NCBI GenBank assembly: GCA_964016885.1
Contig: OZ024756.1
Coordinates: forward strand, 4,154,001 to 4,218,000
Direction: 5' to 3'
Origin: Eledone cirrhosa
Taxonomy: Eukaryota
DNA: 64,000 nucleotides
Made by a program: the position numbers and the translations under genes. Shown piece by piece: positions 57,093-64,000 of this stretch. Positions within the stretch are counted from its first letter, which is position 1; each line of letters starts with the position of its first letter. The notes under the pieces are model-generated. The model had not been told where the DNA came from. It ran no database searches and worked only from the letters and a program-made list of their open reading frames with translations.

Positions 57093-57370
57093 AATAGAAT
57101 AAGGAAATACAATTTTAGATGATAAAATCCTTCAATGTTGGATTACCTCCTTGATTGTAACTTTATTATGTAAGACACTGTCTGAAGAGAGCATCCAGTG
57201 GCTTCTACGTTGAATTACGTCACCAATGTCGTCCTGGAAATACGTATCACGTCCTTATAAATAAAGGACTTTATCATCTAAACTTTGTATTTCCTTATGC
57301 TATAAATACTCCGTCTTCCCGTGTGGAAAACGAACGTTGAGTTCTTGAATTGAATTACATCAATATTTTT

Positions 57371-57372
<2 letters not shown>
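57093..57372. mobile_element. Fold-back element with HHR-like motif (57179-57251)
   Basis: Arms ~57093-57139 and 57264-57303; CTGAAGA...GAAA-TACGTA-TC; weak stems I and II. Confidence 0.6.
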
Positions 57373-57408
<36 letters not shown>

Positions 57409-57649
57409 AAAATAAAATAAAAGCACAAAGGGGGGACAATCCCTTCTTCAGTTGTCTGCTGGAGATCACGGACATTCCAAAGCATTAAAGACGATAGAAA
57501 GATCGATAGAAACATAGTGTCTTTGATCTGATCAGAGGATCATCTTTCTCGCATTGCCGAAGACAGTACTATATGTTTTCATTAGTTGATATATTTCAGG
57601 AAACAAATGTTTTATAATTTCATTTGGCTTTCTCTTTAATCTAATTCAG

Positions 57650-57780
57650 CGAATTAGCAGAGTCGTTAGAGCAACGGATGTAAAGCTTTGTGACATTCAT
57701 ACTGGCTCAGTCCGTCAACTTTGTCTTTTATCTTTTTGAGGTCGGTAAAAAAAGTACCAGTTAAGTACTGGGGTTTGATT
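57650..57780 (+). mobile_element. Old SINE family A remnant
   Basis: ctttgtcttttatc..gaggtcggtaaaaaaagtaccag. Confidence 0.55.
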
Positions 57781-58903
57781 CTTCTTTTATATCGTTTTTT
57801 TCATTTCTTCTCTACCACTCTCACCCTATTTCTTCTGTCGAAAGACTCGGCTGGTTTCAAATCTACAAAGGGCATGGGCTCGACTATGTTTAAAATCCCC
57901 AAGTCACAACGGCGCCCTTACGCTCAACCCATGAATTACTGGTTCATAGATACGTATACATACATTTCTTTTAAATGTAGTTGGGTTTTATTGAATGACA
58001 AGGAATTTATTTTGAGAATTGTTATATTTTCTTATTTCCGAAATAGGAAGAAATTATTGTCAATGTGTCAATGTTGTAAATCACAGATTTGCACCTGGAA
58101 ACATTGATTGTTAATCATTTATATGAGTCAGGTTATCAGGTTCATTGCCATTTTGTTTGAACTGAACATTCATTATCAGCGTTCCAATCTGGCCAATTTA
58201 AATAGTGGTAGAATCTGAGTACTATCACAGGTTATTATAACATCATTTAGCATGCTGTTTTATTATTCTAAACTTTCTTCGACAGTGGCCTGTCCCGATG
58301 TCGGATCAGTTAAGCCGCGACGAGATTTTATTTAGTAAATTGTTTCTACAGAAATAACCTTCGTACCTACGATCATTCACGTCAATCAATAAACAGGCGT
58401 TTCTCTGAAACATCAGCGAGCACTGCCAAAGGACCTCACAAGTTCAGTGCATACTTGTAGCTTAGTATCTTTAACAAACTTGGCCAGATAGGGTGTTTCA
58501 GTTTTCCAAAAATATATCCAGGAACATGTTAATACATGTTCTCAAAAGTCATAAATTGAAGAAAAAGATGAAGGGAGAAGATGAAGATGCTGGGAAGAAA
58601 GTTTGGAAATTCATCTTAAGATATAAATTCATCTGGTCCTTCCATACCAGTTCCTACTTGTAGTTATCAACATATAGACATTAGGGAAAACTCACATACG
58701 CATACATGACTCTACATAAGCATGTGATCATATGTGTGCGCAAGGCTATAAGCGGCCATGTATCACATATACATACATTAGATAACACAAATTCAAAATT
58801 CTCTCTCTCTATATATATAAGGGCACTTTTACAACCCCTTTCTTAAACGCTCCATAAACACCTCAACACCACTCCTAATCGATTATCTTGCCGTTACTAT
58901 TCA

Positions 58904-58998
<95 letters not shown>

Positions 58999-59520
58999 TT
59001 TAATTCCTTTAAATCTTCATCAACACTCCTTCACTCCCACACTTATTAACCCCCCCCCCCCAGACACACCCAAATCTCTTTTATATATATAGTCACACAT
59101 CACAACAAAACCTGATCTCAGTTTGACAATCGCCAACCGACGAATGCGAGAAAGTTATCCAGGAAAGTAAACCAGGGATCTTTAAAAATCTTCCCATCAA
59201 AGTTAACAAAGAACTTACTAGATCTACCAACTCATAATATTATAATATTATGAAATTAAATCAAATTGTTTAAAACTACAAGTGAAGTAATTCTTTTCCT
59301 TTTTTTTAAATATACACATATATGTTTAGATATACGAAATTCACATGCACACATGTATATATGTATAGAGCTGTGCCGAAGCTAAATTTTATTTCTGCTT
59401 TTAAGTTGAACCAACTGATACAGCTTCATATGCAAATGAGGATGATCAGCCCACCTACACAGGCGTAAATACTACATATTTTCGCCTGTTTCAAGCTCCA
59501 GCAGTGAACAGGGGAAGCAC

Positions 59521-59557
59521 TGTCCTGATGAGGGCCAGATATCGAAATGCATAGACA
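59521..59557 (+). ncRNA. Minimal hammerhead motif inside a ~346-bp terminally redundant unit
   Basis: TGTC-CTGATGA-gggccagatatc-GAAA-TGCA-TA-GACA; stem II decayed. Confidence 0.6.
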
Positions 59558-59844
59558 TTTGTCCCCTGATGCTGCTGCTGCTGGAACCCGCTAGACGGCG
59601 CTGGCTGTCACCCTTTCATTATTTATAGCTGGGCTTTCAAAATGTTTATTTATTAAACATACCTTATATATTTAGATATACGAAATTCACATACATAAAT
59701 GTATACAGCTATGTTGATACTAAATTTTAAATATAAATATTTATATAGTATATTTTATTGTGGCTAAGTGATGAGTCTTGTTACTCTGGAGGTTTACCTG
59801 CGAACGTAATCACACGTTCCGAGAAGACGCTTGTTGAAACAAGC

Positions 59845-59878
<34 letters not shown>

Positions 59879-59903
59879 GTATATATGTATATATATATAT
59901 GTA

Positions 59904-59976
<73 letters not shown>

Positions 59977-59991
59977 TTGTTTGAACAACTG

Positions 59992-60165
59992 ATAATTGTT
60001 TCTACTTTTGGCACAAGGTCAGCAATTACCCCCGTGCATTACTGGTGCTTTATTTTATCGACCCCGTAAGGATGAAAGGCAAAGTTAACCTCGGCGGAAT
60101 TTGAACTCAGACCGTAAAGGGGCGTAACTCTATGCTGCAAAGTCCGACCCTCTACCGATACTACT
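59992..60165 (-). mobile_element. SINE family A
   Basis: Consensus match. Confidence 0.88.
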
Positions 60166-60357
60166 AATAATGCTCCAACATTGTTATTCTCTGACCAAGT
60201 TAGCCTTGTTCGTCTCTTCTTTGACCACAAGCCGAACCTACGTACCGACAGGAATATACAGGGCGGGTGGGAGTGTGGGGTGTGTATCTCGCCCATTCAC
60301 CAAGGGGGTGCCCCGGATGGAAATGTCAGCCCCTACTTCTCAATCATGCACTCTCAT

Positions 60358-60560
60358 TCTGGCATCCGTCTGTCTCGGGTGACAATGGAGATTACGCCAT
60401 GGATGCCGGCTGTGACTGTAGAGCCCGATCCTCGAACGGCAGGTCCTGTTGCAGCTGCTGCATGTGAAGACGATGTCATCCAAGGGAGCTAACTCAGCTC
60501 TCTGACGTCTGCGTGCTCTTCTTTCTTCTCACTGTTCCTCTCTCCTCTGCTTTAATGTCT
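60358..60560 (-). mobile_element. RTE-type LINE extreme 3' end with C2H2-like motif
   Basis: Manual translation EERRARRRQRAELAPLDDIVFTCSSCNRTCRSRIGLYSHSRH, not in the ORF track. Confidence 0.75.
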
Positions 60561-60811
60561 TAATGGCTGACAAACAAACCAACAAAACAGTTACTCTAAG
60601 AAGTTTGTCATGGAATTGTATTGCCCAACCAGAGTGTTCTCAGCTTCCCACGCCCCTGATCATCAAATCATGTTAAAGGGCCTGGATGGGTCTAGATCGT
60701 CATAACTAAACCCTATACAATTCATCAGTGAATGCGAAAAGTGCAACGTGATTGTCAGCAGGAAGGAGACAAGATAAAACTGAGAAGATGAATGATTGTA
60801 TCTCGTATCAT

Positions 60812-61415
60812 CATTGGACTGTCAACCTGTACAGGATGTGACTGGTGGTCAATCATTATTGACTGTCAACCTGTACAGGATGTGACAGGTCAATCGTTGT
60901 ATCTCGTATCGTAAATGGACTGTCAACCTGTACAGGATGTGACTAGTCAATCATTATTGACTGTCAACCTGTACAGGATGTGACTAGTTAATCATTATTG
61001 AACTGTCAACCTGTACAGGATGTGACTAGTCAATCATTATTGACTGTCAACCTGTACAGGATGTGGCTAGTTAATCATTATTGAACTGTCAACCTGTACA
61101 GGATGTGACTAGTCAATCATTATTGAACTGTCAATCTGTACAGGATGTGACTAGTTAATCATTATTGAACTGTCAACCTGTACAGGATGTGACTAGTCAA
61201 TCATTATTGAACTGTCAATCTGTACAGGATGTGACTGGTGAATCGTTGTATCACGTTACGTTATTGAACTGCCATCCTGTACAGGATGTGACTGGTCAAT
61301 TTGTATTGACTGTCAACCTGTACATGATGTGACTGGTCAATCATTATTGAACTGTCAATCTGTACAGGATGTGATTAGTCAATCATTATTGACTGTCAAC
61401 CTTACAGGATGTGAT
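60812..61415. repeat. 41-42-bp minisatellite with two internal 10-bp palindromes
   Basis: ctgtcaaCCTGTACAGGatgTGACTAGTCAatcattattga, ~14 copies. Confidence 0.95.
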
Positions 61416-61560
61416 TGTTGAACAAGCTGGTCCTCGGAGTTAACAATACATATGTACCTGGTATGGCGCCAGTGTACTATCTGGCCTTAATGATTATATT
61501 CAAATTCTTCCTTCGGACTTATGTAGCTCTATACCTTGGATATTTTTACCTACCTATTGC

Positions 61561-61878
<318 letters not shown>

Positions 61879-62016
61879 ATATATATATAATATTCAATGT
61901 CTCTGTACACACATACACACAAACACACGCACACAAATATAAACACATACACACACATATATATATTATGAAGTCGGTGTATTTGAATCTTACTTCATTT
62001 TATTGATTAATTTGTG

Positions 62017-62075
62017 ACTGTTACCTATATTTCCGTGGTAACTATTATATACTAGATACGACCTCATCAGACAGC
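62017..62075 (-). ncRNA. Degenerate hammerhead motif
   Basis: Minus: GCTGT-CTGATGA-...-GAAA-TATAGG-TA-ACAGT. Confidence 0.5.
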
Positions 62076-62156
62076 TATTCTGTAATCTTTTGTTCAACGT
62101 GTGATACGTCCAGGGCGGTCTTTGATGTTATTACTTCAAGGCTCAACTGACATACC

Positions 62157-62230
<74 letters not shown>

Positions 62231-62240
<10 letters not shown>

Positions 62241-62600
62241 AGAACAAAAGCTGGTTAAAAGAGTTCCATGTATTTTATTAGGCGCAATCAAAAACAAATA
62301 TCATCATGCAATAATATTTGTGTTTTCATCAGATAAAACAGGAAGATATGTTGATTTAAAACTGCACTATCCACAAGTGTTTTTTAACCTTCATATCATG
62401 TCTTCCTGTTTTATCTGATGAAAACACAAATATTATTACATGATGATATTTGTTTTTGAAATGCGCATAATAAAATACATGGAACTCTTTTAACCATCTT
62501 TTGTTCTTATATATTATGTATACTCCAGTCCTACAAACTGTAGAGTGCTTCTTATCCGATATCTGCATTGCTTTATTGTACTACAATAAAACTCACCTCC

Positions 62601-62603
<3 letters not shown>
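62231..62603. mobile_element. Fold-back element with HHR (62408-62476 +; decayed mirror ~62272-62339)
   Basis: GTTTTAT-CTGATGA-AAACACAAATATTATTA ca TGATGATATTTGTTTTT-GAAA-TGCGCA-TA-ATAAAAT; tail resembles the 35002 and 47268 tails. Confidence 0.85.
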
Positions 62604-62666
<63 letters not shown>

Positions 62667-62719
62667 TGTATATGTATATGTGTATGTGTGTGCGTCCGCG
62701 TGCGTGTGTGTGCGTGGGT

Positions 62720-62870
62720 GTGTAGACATGACTGTGTAGTTAAGGAGTTTATTTGTGTCCCACTGCGGGTCGTTTTGAAAACACATGCCTTCTACTATAG
62801 GCTCGGGTTGACCAATACCTCGTAAGTGGAATTTAGTTAACCGAAACGGCAGAAGACTGTCATGTATGTA
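62720..62870 (+). mobile_element. Diverged tRNA-SINE with (TATG) tail
   Basis: tgtgtagttaaggag head; cttctactataggctcgggttgaccaa..gtggaattt body. Confidence 0.5.
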
Positions 62871-62889
62871 TCTATGTCATTTTGTATGG

Positions 62890-62920
<31 letters not shown>

Positions 62921-63096
62921 TACATAATGACATAGATACATACACCACACACATACATATACATATATATGTGTGAGTGTGTGTGTTTGTCTGTTGTGTA
63001 TATATATGTATATATAAATATATATATATGCGTGTGTGTCTGTTAACCCGATTTTCTCTCCCTCTCTCACTCGCAATCTAGAGAGAAACAACTAGA

Positions 63097-63187
<91 letters not shown>

Positions 63188-63852
63188 AGTTGTTAGATAA
63201 TGACAAGCAGGCGGAATTCCTCAGCAGCCACAGTAGCAGCAGCAGTTAAGATGTCCATATAATAGAAAAGAAAAAAGAAATATGATGCATTTATCACGCA
63301 GTTCTTTTACTGGCAATCTAGATTTGTTGTCCAGATGTTGCATTAGTCGTTTTGCCATGTGTTCTTACACAAACACACTTCAACCTTTGCTCTCTAGCTC
63401 GACGAATGCTTTCGATATTAACAGTGTCGGAAGCGATATGAAAGAAGAATGGTGTATGAATATTGCCTACTGGGCTTGCAACTTATTTGCGAGCTTATGG
63501 TAGCTAACTTAACACTACCCTTCCCTAACCCTATTATAAACTCACAAAAACTAATCCCCTTTCAACAAGTTTCCTTTTACGAACAAATTTTTTCACACCC
63601 AATCACTCACACATTGATAATCATGAAAACATTTCTCACACATACATCCACACACACACATACACACACGCACACACACACAGTCAAACGCACACGCGCA
63701 CACACACCCACAACCACATTCACACCCACATAAACGCATACATACACTAAGAATGACGTAAACACGCTCACATGGCACATATATATACATATTCAAAGAC
63801 ACCAACACATAACCACAACTAAGCATACATAACAAGTATACACATGCACAAG

Positions 63853-63938
<86 letters not shown>

Positions 63939-63949
63939 ATATATATGTA

Positions 63950-63992
<43 letters not shown>

Positions 63993-64000
63993 CGAGAGAG

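Noticed and set aside
60181-60492. Complex-looking 103-aa plus-strand ORF
   Set aside because: Its 3' part is the antisense of an RTE LINE 3' end, and there is no evidence for a host exon.

Overview
This is a 64-kb, very AT-rich, microsatellite-saturated eukaryotic intergenic or intronic window. The repeat style suggests a cephalopod (octopus-like) genome, but that is inference. I can support no host protein-coding exon, and almost all listed ORFs are translations of (TA)n/(CA)n/(TAG)n/(GGT)n tracts. The real content is mobile DNA: about 18 tRNA-derived SINE copies, CORE-type SINEs, fragments of CR1/L2, RTE and Tx1 LINEs, a 5'-truncated Penelope-like element (PLE; RT end plus GIY-YIG), two tandem non-autonomous Helitrons, a hAT MITE, a palindromic mariner derivative and several minisatellites. 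The main hidden signal is roughly 25-30 minimal type I hammerhead ribozyme (HHR) motifs, folded by eye, from more than ten unrelated sequence families. Most sit in short fold-back elements (arm, inverted arm, one-sided tail) inserted in (TA)n tracts. One family is demonstrably the terminal repeat of the PLE. Another is a ~425-nt tandem retrozyme-like unit with an upstream octamer motif. Several fold-back junctions fall at or next to the predicted ribozyme cleavage site. Coordinates were read manually and may be off by a few bases.
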